A stretch of DNA of 63,336 nucleotides, the filler included, from Guillardia theta CCMP2712 (lineage: Eukaryota > Protista > Cryptophyta): assembly GCF_000315625.1 (NCBI RefSeq). It is 7 parts of 7 records of this genome, joined end to end, with 100 filler letters (N's around TTAATTAATTAA, not from the genome) between each part and the next. Parts side by side here need not be neighbours in the genome. Positions count along the whole stretch, not along the records: positions 1 to 12,939 come from NW_005434616.1; 6 more parts are not named here. One strand, 5' to 3'. Each line of letters opens with the position of its first letter. Position 1 is the first letter of the stretch. Shown here in pieces: positions 1-9,030 of the stretch. The translations under genes and the position numbers were made by a program. The notes under the pieces were generated by a model. It saw nothing but the letters and a program-made list of their open reading frames with translations. It made no database searches and was not told the origin of the DNA.

Positions 1-189
1 CCCCCCTTACCCCTCCTCCCTCCTCCCCTCCCCCCTCCCCCTCCCCTCCTTCCCTCCCTCTCGCTCTCCCTCCCTCCCTCCCTCCTCCCTCCTCCCTCCT
101 CCCTCCTCCCTCCTCCCTCCTCCCTCCTCCCTCCTCCCTCTCCCTCTCCCTCTCTCTCTCTCATCCCCCCCTCCTCCCCCTTCTGCCTC

Positions 190-758
190 TTAAGGCATTA
201 TGACACCTGCCGAGCAACCCGTTCTGCTCGCAGTGCCTCTATCTTTGCAGCCTATGACCGTATCATGTTTGGAGGAGAGAATGGAGTAGAGACAGAGTCA
301 TCTTTGGATGATGAAGAATGTCCACGTTCCTTCTTCTTGTGTTTCTGTTCTTTGGGGTCAGGTTATCCATAAGACGCTAATGGTAGACCATGTGCTTATG
401 TTTTCGAGTTTCACTGACAAAATGGCTGAAAGCATAAATCAGGGACATAATAATTTCCTCCGGCATTTAGGACCTGATTTCTTTCATAGGATCTTCTGAT
501 AACTTTTTCTTTTCATCTTTGCCGGCTGTGAAATGCAAGTCACTGCAGGTTTCTATCTGTATTAACGACAGACATTTGTCTTTTGATCCTTTTGAGGTGA
601 AGGGAAGTGAACCAAAAGCATTTACTGCCTGGCAAGGGTCAGGTTCGTCGAACACATTTCATTATACCTGTCCATATCCCTCGTATGAAGCAGCTTCTTC
701 CGACTATATCAACCTCAAAATAGACATTTTGCATACGAAAAATATGTTACCTGTCTAA
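190..758 (+). CDS. 3' exons of a hypothetical multi-exon gene (boundaries approximate)
   Basis: Short open segments separated by GT..AG-like introns, ending ...YINLKIDILHTKNMLPV* at 758; no recognisable domain. Confidence 0.25.
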
Positions 759-809
759 GAGCATACCAAGGCTTCATGTTTTGATTCTCTCCTGTCACAT
801 TATCCTACA

Positions 810-1516
810 AATTCGTGAATCTCTGAAATTCAGCACGACGGTTTGTAACCTTGCCAAGACCCATCAACCCCCACTTGCTGTCAGCACTCTTGTCATCGGT
901 AGAAATATTGCTTGGAAAATTCACCGCTCTTCTTTCTCCTTCTCTTGCTTCTTTTCTTGAACAGTCTCCTTGTTCTTTCCTGAGGCCTGCAATGAAATGA
1001 GAATGCCATGACTGTCTTGAAGGAAAGCAATCACAGTTGCAGTATCATTGAACACTGTGCCCTCAATCATATGTTCCAATCCTTCAAACAAATTGAATCC
1101 TTTCTTATTCTGAAAAACGGTTATCATCACAATTCATCAAATATGAGACTTGGTGCCTTGACGACAAGATTTGTTCCTGCACAAGCTACAAGAATCATAT
1201 GTCATGGAAAAAATGAAATGTCATGCACAAACCATGATCTTCTATTGAAGTGTTTTGAGGCTCCTCCGAATCGTCTTGCTTCCGTTTCCTTAGAAGAGCA
1301 GTCCTGGATTCACTCTCTATCTGGGATATATATCCTCATATCAGAAACCAGACTTTGCAGGCCTTCGACAGAAAGAACAACCTCGTCTCGCTTCTTTCGC
1401 TTCTTCTCTTCGTCTTCTCTGTGTTTGTTCTCGTCTCGAAGCACCTTCTCGATGTTGTCTCTGTTCCACACATTCCACTTCTTGTGCTGAAGGATGTTGA
1501 GCTTTCCGAACGACAT
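810..1516 (-). CDS. LENG1/CWC25-like Cir_N-domain protein, multi-exon (3' end approximate)
   Basis: N-terminus LNILQHKKWNVWNRDNIEKVLRDE fits the Cir_N pattern of LENG1; later exons give FNLFE and NKETVQEKKQEKEKEE. Confidence 0.7.
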
Positions 1517-1929
1517 GTCGAAGCGCTCTTTGTTTATTATTACTTAAGTGGCAGAGACAAACAGGAGCAAACTAGCGGGAGGCTATGAATGGTTGGTCCG
1601 CCTCAGGCAGAGACACCAGCGCCGGTAATGCACAACCATGGGAACAAGGATCAGGACCAAGAGCAGTAGCGCGAGGCTCCTGCGAGGAGGATGGCAAGAG
1701 CCATGCCACCTCTTACCGCCTCCTGAGCGCATCCATCCCACTCCGCTGTCAGCGTGGCTCCACGGTGATCCGCAAGGTACCAGAGAAACAGCAATGCGTG
1801 AGCATGAAGTAGACAATCCGTGTCTGCAGTGAAGGGAAGAATGGCCTTCGGCGGGTGATAGGTGGCATGGCTCGCGCGATGATCCGAGATCTCCTGTTGG
1901 GCGGGTACGGAGAGCGCCAACGGAAGTTG

Positions 1930-3010
1930 CACTGCTATTGTAGGGATGAGTCATCGTGAAGTCCAGCACCAGCCGTTTACTCTCAAGAGGCTGTTGCTGT
2001 AGTATCTTGCCAAACTCTCCTCCTGTCACTCAGGTTATTTGCATGTTTGCATATTTGCTGAAATACATCAACTTTGCTTTGCTTCCTGGATGGCGAAACC
2101 GTTGTCGTCTGATTAAGCCTTAGATCACTTGAGGGTGGAGTCTCAAGCTTGTAAGCTGGCATGCGAGAATACCTTGTATTGCATCCAGACTGACTTGAAC
2201 TTAGAATCAAGGTTGGATGTGATACTTGATGTGAAATTTGCTGTTCATTCGAAGCATCAATCTTGTTCTCAGGATGACGACAACCAGCAATATGATGTGC
2301 CGTCAATGAAGTTCACAGTAACAAAAGCGTATGGAATGTCCTCAACTGCGCGCATCTCAAAATGGAAGCACATGCTTTGTGTGCAGAACCATCCAACACC
2401 AGTATTGTATCTATGTTGTTTCTCCAGCCTATGAGAATGACTTGTTCTGCATCAAGGATGTGCTCGTGGATTTTCGAATTTCTAGCCAGGGGATGAGTGT
2501 ACAGGGTAGGCCAGTTTCTCAATTTACCTAATTCACGTCCTGTAATCTTCGCGAGATGTTGTAAAAACTCATATGCTAACGGCTGCCCTGACTCTCCTTG
2601 CTTGAATTCCATCATCGCTTGCTAGAAATGTTGCAACCATGTGCCGCTGCATTTTACTCGACTTCGTAAAGGTGTATTTGTTGATTTTGATCTCTCTTCT
2701 TTCATGACCTTCGTCCTCGTTTGCCGTAGATATGAAAGCGGCTAAGTCCAGGGATGCTTACAACCATTCCATTGGGGGGTCCAATGACTTTCTCTCCTGT
2801 TTTTAGAACTTCTCGAAAGCTGCAATATTTCTTTCCACCTTGTAGATCATATTCCCTACTGTGCAGCGGATTTTTTCTTGCAAACTAGATTCCGCGCAGT
2901 TGAGGTCATACTGAAGAATTTGCTTTAGGATCCTGCTTGCGTCATAGCATCAGCGGAGGAGACCAGGGTTGCACAACACCGCATGGATATCACCCTGCTT
3001 GAACTGATCG
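1930..3010 (-). pseudogene. Decayed RLE-type (CRE/Zepp-like) non-LTR retrotransposon fragment
   Basis: Frameshifted minus-strand pieces in the expected order: KQGD (possible RT motif), CYC..IDG/HHIAGC (broken CCHC knuckle), KVDV, and LVLDFTMTH (PD-(D/E)xK-type endonuclease motif); many stops. Confidence 0.45.
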
Positions 3011-3412
3011 ACTGCAAGAGCGGCACGTTGAGTACTTTCCGAGCTCAGAGAGACTAGCCGTGGAGGATGAGATGCAGAACCAGCAGTCAAGGATGAATTT
3101 CATTTCGCACCTTGCTCGTCTAGATTTCCGCAGTAATAAGTTTTCACCGTGGGGGAAGCATAAATCTCAAGACTGGTTTACAATGTCTTGTCTCTTTGAG
3201 ACAGCAGTTGATACTCGTCATGTCTCTCTGTGGTATGTCTTTGTAGGTGGCATCCATAGCAGCTTCTTTGTAGCTCCTGCTTCATTTCAATCTTGTTCAC
3301 ACAGCATGCAGCCATTCACAAGTATCAGACCGACTGAGTTGTTTATAGAGTGTGTTTTATTATTCTAATACCTGTCCGCTACAGTATGCACTTCAAGTAC
3401 CAGACGACCCCT

Positions 3413-3922
3413 TCAGGCTTTGGCAGTGACAGTGGTAGCATAGGGGTACGAGGCGTATCCATACTGGGGAGCAATGGTAGTGGGGATAACGCCAGTCTGG
3501 TAGATGTTTCCAGGGAGGTAGTACGAGTTGTTCAGAATCGGCACCGAAATGGTCTTATTCAGGTAGGGCTGCGCAACAGTCTGAAGTGGGACGGTGGTCT
3601 CAGGGATGATGGCGCTCTGGATCGGTTGACCGACCGTGACGGAGCCAGGAAGAACGGTCTGGGTTGGCAATCCATAGGGGTAGCCATAGGAAGAGAGGGT
3701 TGGGTATCCGTAGGAGGAGAGGAGAGGATACCCGTAGGAAGAGAGGGTCGGGTATCCGTAGGAGGAGAGGGTCGGGTATCCGTAGGAGAGCATGCTGCTG
3801 CGATTCTGCAAGGCTGCGTAGGTTCCGATGTTATATTCCCTGTGTTGCCCCCACCCCACCCCCGAACTATCAGAATAGTCAGGGGCTCCAGGGGGTGGGT
3901 ACCCGTTACTTCCAATGAGCAT
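3413..3922 (-). CDS. Tyr/Gly/Pro/Val-rich repetitive protein (SSYGYP[T/L]L repeats)
   Basis: 169-aa ORF with about five 24-nt/8-aa repeats around 3675-3790 and biased composition; the true start may be internal. Confidence 0.55.
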   Translation of the reverse strand: MLIGSNGYPPPGAPDYSDSSGVGWGQHREYNIGTYAALQNRSSMLSYGYPTLSSYGYPTLSSYGYPLLSSYGYPTLSSYGYPYGLPTQTVLPGSVTVGQPIQSAIIPETTVPLQTVAQPYLNKTISVPILNNSYYLPGNIYQTGVIPTTIAPQYGYASYPYATTVTAKA

Positions 3923-4424
3923 AGAACCGTTATTCTTCTTTTTTTTTGTGGAGCCCGAAAGTTACAGGGACCCGACCCCCTGAGCCTCCACTCTGTTTGC
4001 AATGTAAATGACCCCTACAATATCTCAGTCGGGGAATAAAACCTTGCCAAGTTGAGGCGTAACAGCCTCGGATTCAAGTTCCCCCGCTCCGAGTCACCGG
4101 GATCGGACCTACCTGGGATCCGGATAAGTTCTTGGAAACTGTGAGAAGTTCAGGGTAATGTGTCATCAGGTCATCGACGAGCCAGGCTTTAGGGAAAGGT
4201 CAGAGGACATCTTACACCTCCAAGTGTACCAGGAACCAGTCCAAATCATGATGAGTAATCACAATGACCTGGTACAAATCGGTCACACCCGGGTACTGGC
4301 GATACTTGTTTATAATTTGGTTGTATATAACTTGACCGAAAAAATGGTGTAAGGCTGCTCAAGACAGAACTTCGGAATTCGTGGATGTACCGTTCACATC
4401 TGGGCAGATGTGTACATACACGAA

Positions 4425-4443
4425 TTAGGGTTTAGGGTTTAGG
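4425..4443 (+). repeat. Telomeric repeat tract 1 (TTAGGG TTTAGGG TTTAGG)
   Basis: Read directly; plant/algal-type TTTAGGG. Confidence 0.85.
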
Positions 4444-4816
4444 AGCCGGCCCTTAGTACAGTGTAGAGCAGCCGGCCCTTAGTAAGAGCAGCCGGCCCTT
4501 AGTAAGAGCAGCCGGCCCTTAGTAAGAGCAGCCGGCCCTTAGTAAGAGCAGCCGGCCCTTAGTAAGAGCAGCCGGCCCTTAGTAAGAGCAGCCGGCCCTT
4601 AGCAAGAGCAGAGCCGGCCCTTAGTAAGAGCAGCCGGCCCTTAGTAAGAGCAGCCGGCCCTTAGTAAGAGCCGCAGCCGGCCCTTAGCAAGAGCAGAGCC
4701 GGCCCTTAGCAAGAGCAGCCGGCCCTTAGCAAGAGCAGCCGGCCCTTAGCAAGAGCAGCCGGCCCTTAGTAAGAGCAGCCGGCCCTTAGTAAGAGCAGCC
4801 GGCCCTTAGTAAGAGC
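4444..4816 (+). repeat. Tandem array A, 18 copies of 20-nt AGCCGGCCCTTAG(T/C)AAGAGC
   Basis: Counted by hand; a few 2-6 nt insertions; starts directly after the telomeric repeats and ends in CATGCT. Confidence 0.95.
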
Positions 4817-5317
4817 ATGCTGCCCTACGGCGCGTAGGGAGAGTGCAAGGGGACCGGTGGAAGCTGCGAGCAAGAGGTTCGTATAGTTCAAACAGCTTTC
4901 TAAGCATGGTACTACAGTATGATGAGAGCGTTCGTGTTAGGGATTGACAATCCTGATGATGCTCTTTGACTCTGTGAACTCGAACCACCTTGTTAACTGG
5001 TTTAACAAAGCAAACAAGAACCTCAACACAACCGCGCTCTCTGAACGTGTGGAAAGTTAGGATAGCTTTTATTGTCCAACCGATAGGATAAAGTAAGCTA
5101 GTTAACTGAAGTATACGTAACCGCTTAGGTAACTCCTATCATTACGCTCCCAAGCGCATTATCATCTGAGAAACATCTCGATGAACTTCGCTGCGTCAGG
5201 AATTAGTATTAGTCAAATTAAACTCACGAATCAATTGACGAAGAAACGGCGTCGTCAATTCACGAAACGACAACCAAGAATCAGACGTAGGATTATCATA
5301 ACCCTTCCATCTGATCA
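4444..5317 (+). mobile_element. Putative non-autonomous or truncated telomere-inserted retroelement (array A plus structured non-coding body)
   Basis: Flanked on both sides by TTTAGGG tracts; 5' organisation mirrors the adjacent LINE; no long ORF; several hairpins. Confidence 0.5.
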
Positions 5318-5356
5318 AGGGTTTAGGGTTTAGGGTTTAGGGTTTAGGGTTTAGGG
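5318..5356 (+). repeat. Telomeric repeat tract 2, AGGG(TTTAGGG)5
   Basis: Read directly. Confidence 0.95.
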
Positions 5357-5496
5357 ACAGGCCGCTGGAGTAACAGACAGGCCGCTGGAGTAACAGACAG
5401 GCCGCTGGAGTAACAGACAGGCCGCTGGAGTAACAGACAGGCCGCTGGAGTAACAGACAGGCCGCTGGAGTAACAGAGGAGGGGCTGGAGTAACAG
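5357..5496 (+). repeat. Tandem array B, 6 exact plus 1 degenerate copy of 20-nt ACAGGCCGCTGGAGTAACAG
   Basis: Counted by hand; abuts the telomeric tract; followed by ACATGCT. Confidence 0.95.
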
Positions 5497-5586
5497 ACAT
5501 GCTCTCCTCCCCTGCAGTTTGAGGGGATCCCTGCGAGCTAGGGTGCTGAACAGGATATTTTTCTGTGCAGAAACGGTTGTTTGATC

Positions 5587-7692
5587 ATGTGGTATCTATC
5601 CAAAGAGGAAAGGAAACAGATTGCTCGTGTCCGAGTTTCCCAGTTCCTAAACAAGGACACGACACCTTCAGCACCTTCGCTAGGAGAGCTGATCCGAAGA
5701 TTGGAACACTTCGTCAGGCAGTACCCTCAGAGCAGGACAGGCAGAGCCTTGCAGTCCAAGGAAGTCTCGATGAACGCCTTAGCCGAAGCCATTCGACAGA
5801 CCTGCAAACATGCTGAAGTCAGGAGCCAGGAGGATGCCATCAAAGAATGGGGGGAAGAAGGACAGTCGTGGTATGTCTCTGCATGGAACGCAGACAAACA
5901 GGAGGTACTAGACAAGAGTGCCTGCATCGATGCTTCAGGAGCGTCCCCCGAGAGTGGTAAACTGATTACCATGGCTATCCTCGGAGTTCCTACCCAGTAC
6001 ATAAAACAAGTTGAGGTACTGTGTGAGAAGTTGAAGGATCAAGGACTCTTGGTGCACGAGGAGCAGGGCAAGAAATGCATCTCGTGGAGAGCCCCGATCA
6101 AGAAAGATTTGATTCCGACAGTGGATGAAATCCCAGTCGTGGCAACACTCCAATTGAACGACGCAGCAGAACTGCTGTGGAAAGGACAGACGAACTTCAG
6201 GATCGACGGAAAGATGATCCGCGCGGTGAACGCGCATTCGAAGCATCCTTGTTCCTTCAAGATAAGGCCACAGAAGGATAAGCACTCTGGCAAGGCGGGG
6301 GCCCTAGCTGAGTTCTCTCACCTCCTCAAGATGAATGGCATGAACTCAGCTGGGATTACGGAGATCTATCGTCAACACCTGCTGCAACAAGGAATAGCTG
6401 TGTTGGAGGTGCAGCCGGAAGCGGGCATGCAGCTAGAGGTCAAGACGAAGAGGAGACCTCAAGGTCAGCCCAACAAACGCACTTTCGCAGCAGCCGGAGT
6501 GGACGAGATACGACAAGGAAGAGAGATCGATTGGATTGCGAGATGCTCTTCGACGGACGTCCTGAGCACCACGCTACGGATGTTTGAGGGCGACGACAGG
6601 AATGGAGGAAGCATACACCTCGGACTGAGGTCGGAAGATGAAAAAATCCTCAAATGGTTCACTACTCAGGTTAGTGCAATCACCAGGGTAACGAGACAGC
6701 ATCCAATTAGGTTGGACTTCTTGCCCGACGCGCTAGGAGCAGTACCACGAAGAGTGACCTATGAGGTACTGGTCAAGAGTAAAGCACAGAAGGGAAGGTT
6801 CACCAGAGAGGAAGCTGAACAGATCTGCGACGGGGAGGATCTCTCTATGGGCATGACAATTCGAGGACTGAGACGGATCGTGGCGAGCTGGAAGGAGTCA
6901 GCGGCTGAGCACATCGTCAAGATCTCCTCGAAAGAAGATGTCGAGACCAACAGCTGGAACGGTGAACATCTAGTGCTCAGCTTCTCAGAAAAAGAAACGG
7001 CGATTGACATCCTCAGGTCCTTTGCGCCATGGGACAGGGCAGGGAAACTTCTTCTCCTAGAGCCAGGCAGTGCCAACATCTGGGAAGCGATCGCTACAGA
7101 ACCCCCTACAGAGCCTCTTTGGGCTCAGGTAGATCTCGAACGGATCGAGAATGAGATCAACATCCCAGAACCAGAGGCAAACGTGGTCCTCGAAGACATC
7201 TACAAAGTTCTAGAGGACACTGTCAACCAGGGACAGAGTGCAGAAAACCAAGCTTGCAAACTCAGGCTCGATGGAGCCATCGTCGGCCTGTACGACAGCT
7301 TGTCATCTCCTGGAAATGCATGTTTTCCGACGCTGAAGGAATGGGCGGAATCATCCTCGGCAACCCAGGACGACGACATGCAAGTTTTGAAGAGTAAGAT
7401 TGCAAGAGTAAGCGAGCAGCATGCGTGGGAGACGGTAGCATCAAGAAGACGCCAGGGAGCCTTTGCAAAAGCAACAGGGAGAGGAGGGGAGAAACAACAA
7501 AAAGAATTTCGAACTGACCTGTTGTTTCTTGCCCTGAATAAATTAGTTCTCACAGCTACGCTAACCTACCAAGGCAGCGTTGGCTCGGGAGACGAAATTG
7601 AGTTTCTCTTGAGCAAGGCAGAGGAGGAGATGGGACTGGAGATGGAAGAGGAGAGTGGCAACCAAGAGGGAGAGGTTGCCTCTCAACTCTAA
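5587..7692 (+). CDS. Retrotransposon ORF1, about 700 aa, no recognisable domain
   Basis: Long intronless ORF; first ATG at 5587; acidic C-terminus; lies upstream of the pol region. Confidence 0.8.
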   Translation: MWYLSKEERKQIARVRVSQFLNKDTTPSAPSLGELIRRLEHFVRQYPQSRTGRALQSKEVSMNALAEAIRQTCKHAEVRSQEDAIKEWGEEGQSWYVSAWNADKQEVLDKSACIDASGASPESGKLITMAILGVPTQYIKQVEVLCEKLKDQGLLVHEEQGKKCISWRAPIKKDLIPTVDEIPVVATLQLNDAAELLWKGQTNFRIDGKMIRAVNAHSKHPCSFKIRPQKDKHSGKAGALAEFSHLLKMNGMNSAGITEIYRQHLLQQGIAVLEVQPEAGMQLEVKTKRRPQGQPNKRTFAAAGVDEIRQGREIDWIARCSSTDVLSTTLRMFEGDDRNGGSIHLGLRSEDEKILKWFTTQVSAITRVTRQHPIRLDFLPDALGAVPRRVTYEVLVKSKAQKGRFTREEAEQICDGEDLSMGMTIRGLRRIVASWKESAAEHIVKISSKEDVETNSWNGEHLVLSFSEKETAIDILRSFAPWDRAGKLLLLEPGSANIWEAIATEPPTEPLWAQVDLERIENEINIPEPEANVVLEDIYKVLEDTVNQGQSAENQACKLRLDGAIVGLYDSLSSPGNACFPTLKEWAESSSATQDDDMQVLKSKIARVSEQHAWETVASRRRQGAFAKATGRGGEKQQKEFRTDLLFLALNKLVLTATLTYQGSVGSGDEIEFLLSKAEEEMGLEMEEESGNQEGEVASQL

Positions 7693-7701
7693 AACCGAAT
7701 C

Positions 7702-9030
7702 ATGACAGGAGGAGGAAGGGAGGAGGAAGGGGGGAGTGCCGGGAGTAGGCAAGGGGGGGAGATGGAAACGGTTTCAAAGGAAACGCAACATGTCGATAGA
7801 ACACTGTATTTTTTTGATTGGATCGAGGAGATCCCATGGTCAGACAAACGAGGCGACAAGGAATTTGGCATCACTGCCCTGAACAATCGAGGAGTAAGCG
7901 GATTTTTATGCGAGAACATGATCGAAGTTACTCTCAATGAGATGAGCAAGGCTCTTCAAGGAGGACGAGCAATACACATGGTACGCAAAGGGAGAGCCCA
8001 CGAGGACCAGCAAACGCGGAACATCATCTTCTTGCCAAGGGTAATATCCAGTCTGCGAGACGAGGCGTCCCGCTTGAGAGTCGGGAACAGATTTCACCTC
8101 AGCAGCTTGAGAGATGAGCAACACACCTTCCTGTTTCCAACTATCATCCACAGCAACCACTGGATTCTAATTGCATTAAGATATGATCGGCGATGCGCGT
8201 ACATATTGGACCCTCTCTGCGAGGACAGAACGAGCACAACGAGGGACCCACGAGGGATCGAGGGAGCGAGGAATCTTGCAACAACGGGGGAGCACGGAGC
8301 AAGAGAAATGGCTGAGCTGACAATCGGAGTGATCGAACACATCTTTGACGATCAGACCAACGCCCCATGGCAGGTAAAGTGGTGCTCAGCCTTCCAACAG
8401 GAAGATAACTTCAACTGCGGAGTGTTCGCTATCCTTCACACCCTACTGCTCTGCGAGACAAATCAAGACTGGCTAGCAACGATGGAAACGAGGACAAGAC
8501 TAAGACCTCCGCAAGAATGGCTGATGCAAACCAGAACACAACTGATCGAAGCTCTCACCCATCTGGAGAAGATGGAGGAAACGGCCCAGGTAATTCTGCG
8601 ATCTCTGCCGAAGGAGGCGAGGGTGCAAGAGAACTCGACATCGACGACAAAGCCGGAGGAGGAGGTACAGCCGAACGCAATCCAGCGGCTGATGACCTCG
8701 ACGACAAAGCTTGAGGAGGAGGTACAGCCGATCGCAATCCAGCGGCAGGCGACCTCCACGAAGCCCCAACCAAGACATCTGGGTGAGGAAATGGAGGAGA
8801 ATGCACAATCAGGAGAGAAAACCTCGCAATCCAGCGGCAGGCGACCTCCACGAAGCCCCAACCAAGACATCTGGGTGAGGAAATGGAGGAGAATGCACAA
8901 TCAGGAGAGAAAACCTCCCAGAGAGGGAAGGAGCGGAGGGGGGAAAGGCAGGAGGAGCAAAGGGGCAATGATTGGGCGCAGATGCATCGAAAAAGTTCAG
9001 ACCCAGGTTTCCTCATCTCACAAAATGTGA
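7702..9030 (+). CDS. Ulp1/SENP-like (peptidase C48) cysteine protease region of the retrotransposon
   Basis: FPTIIHSNHWILIAL (His 8158), YILDPL (Asp 8209), QQEDNFNCGVF (Gln and Cys 8416) give the clan CE H-D-C order. Confidence 0.85.
   Translation: MTGGGREEEGGSAGSRQGGEMETVSKETQHVDRTLYFFDWIEEIPWSDKRGDKEFGITALNNRGVSGFLCENMIEVTLNEMSKALQGGRAIHMVRKGRAHEDQQTRNIIFLPRVISSLRDEASRLRVGNRFHLSSLRDEQHTFLFPTIIHSNHWILIALRYDRRCAYILDPLCEDRTSTTRDPRGIEGARNLATTGEHGAREMAELTIGVIEHIFDDQTNAPWQVKWCSAFQQEDNFNCGVFAILHTLLLCETNQDWLATMETRTRLRPPQEWLMQTRTQLIEALTHLEKMEETAQVILRSLPKEARVQENSTSTTKPEEEVQPNAIQRLMTSTTKLEEEVQPIAIQRQATSTKPQPRHLGEEMEENAQSGEKTSQSSGRRPPRSPNQDIWVRKWRRMHNQERKPPREGRSGGGKGRRSKGAMIGRRCIEKVQTQVSSSHKM
8641..8916 (+). 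repeat. Internal tandem duplications: 57-nt (in frame; 8641/8698) and 92-nt (frameshifting; 8732/8824)
   Basis: TCGCAATCCAGCGGCAGGCG...GAGAAAACC occurs twice, 92 nt apart; MEENAQSGEKTSQ is encoded at both 8791 and 8883. Confidence 0.9.

Noticed and set aside
3350-4039. 229-aa plus-strand ORF
   Set aside because: Probably the antisense shadow of the SSYGYP-repeat gene
4945-5060. Hammerhead ribozyme or C/D snoRNA around CTGATGA (4953)
   Set aside because: I could not build stem II followed by GAAA, or a convincing C/D terminal stem, by eye
5295-5325. Telomerase RNA template (TAACCCT)
   Set aside because: Too short and does not match a full CTAAACCCT template for TTTAGGG; kept only as possible target pairing
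4444-5496. 20-nt arrays as CRISPR arrays
   Set aside because: The units are head-to-tail with no unique spacers, there are no cas genes, and the context is eukaryotic
8883-9030. Programmed ribosomal frameshift between the protease and RT ORFs
   Set aside because: The frame change is fully explained by the 92-nt duplication, and no clear slippery heptamer was found
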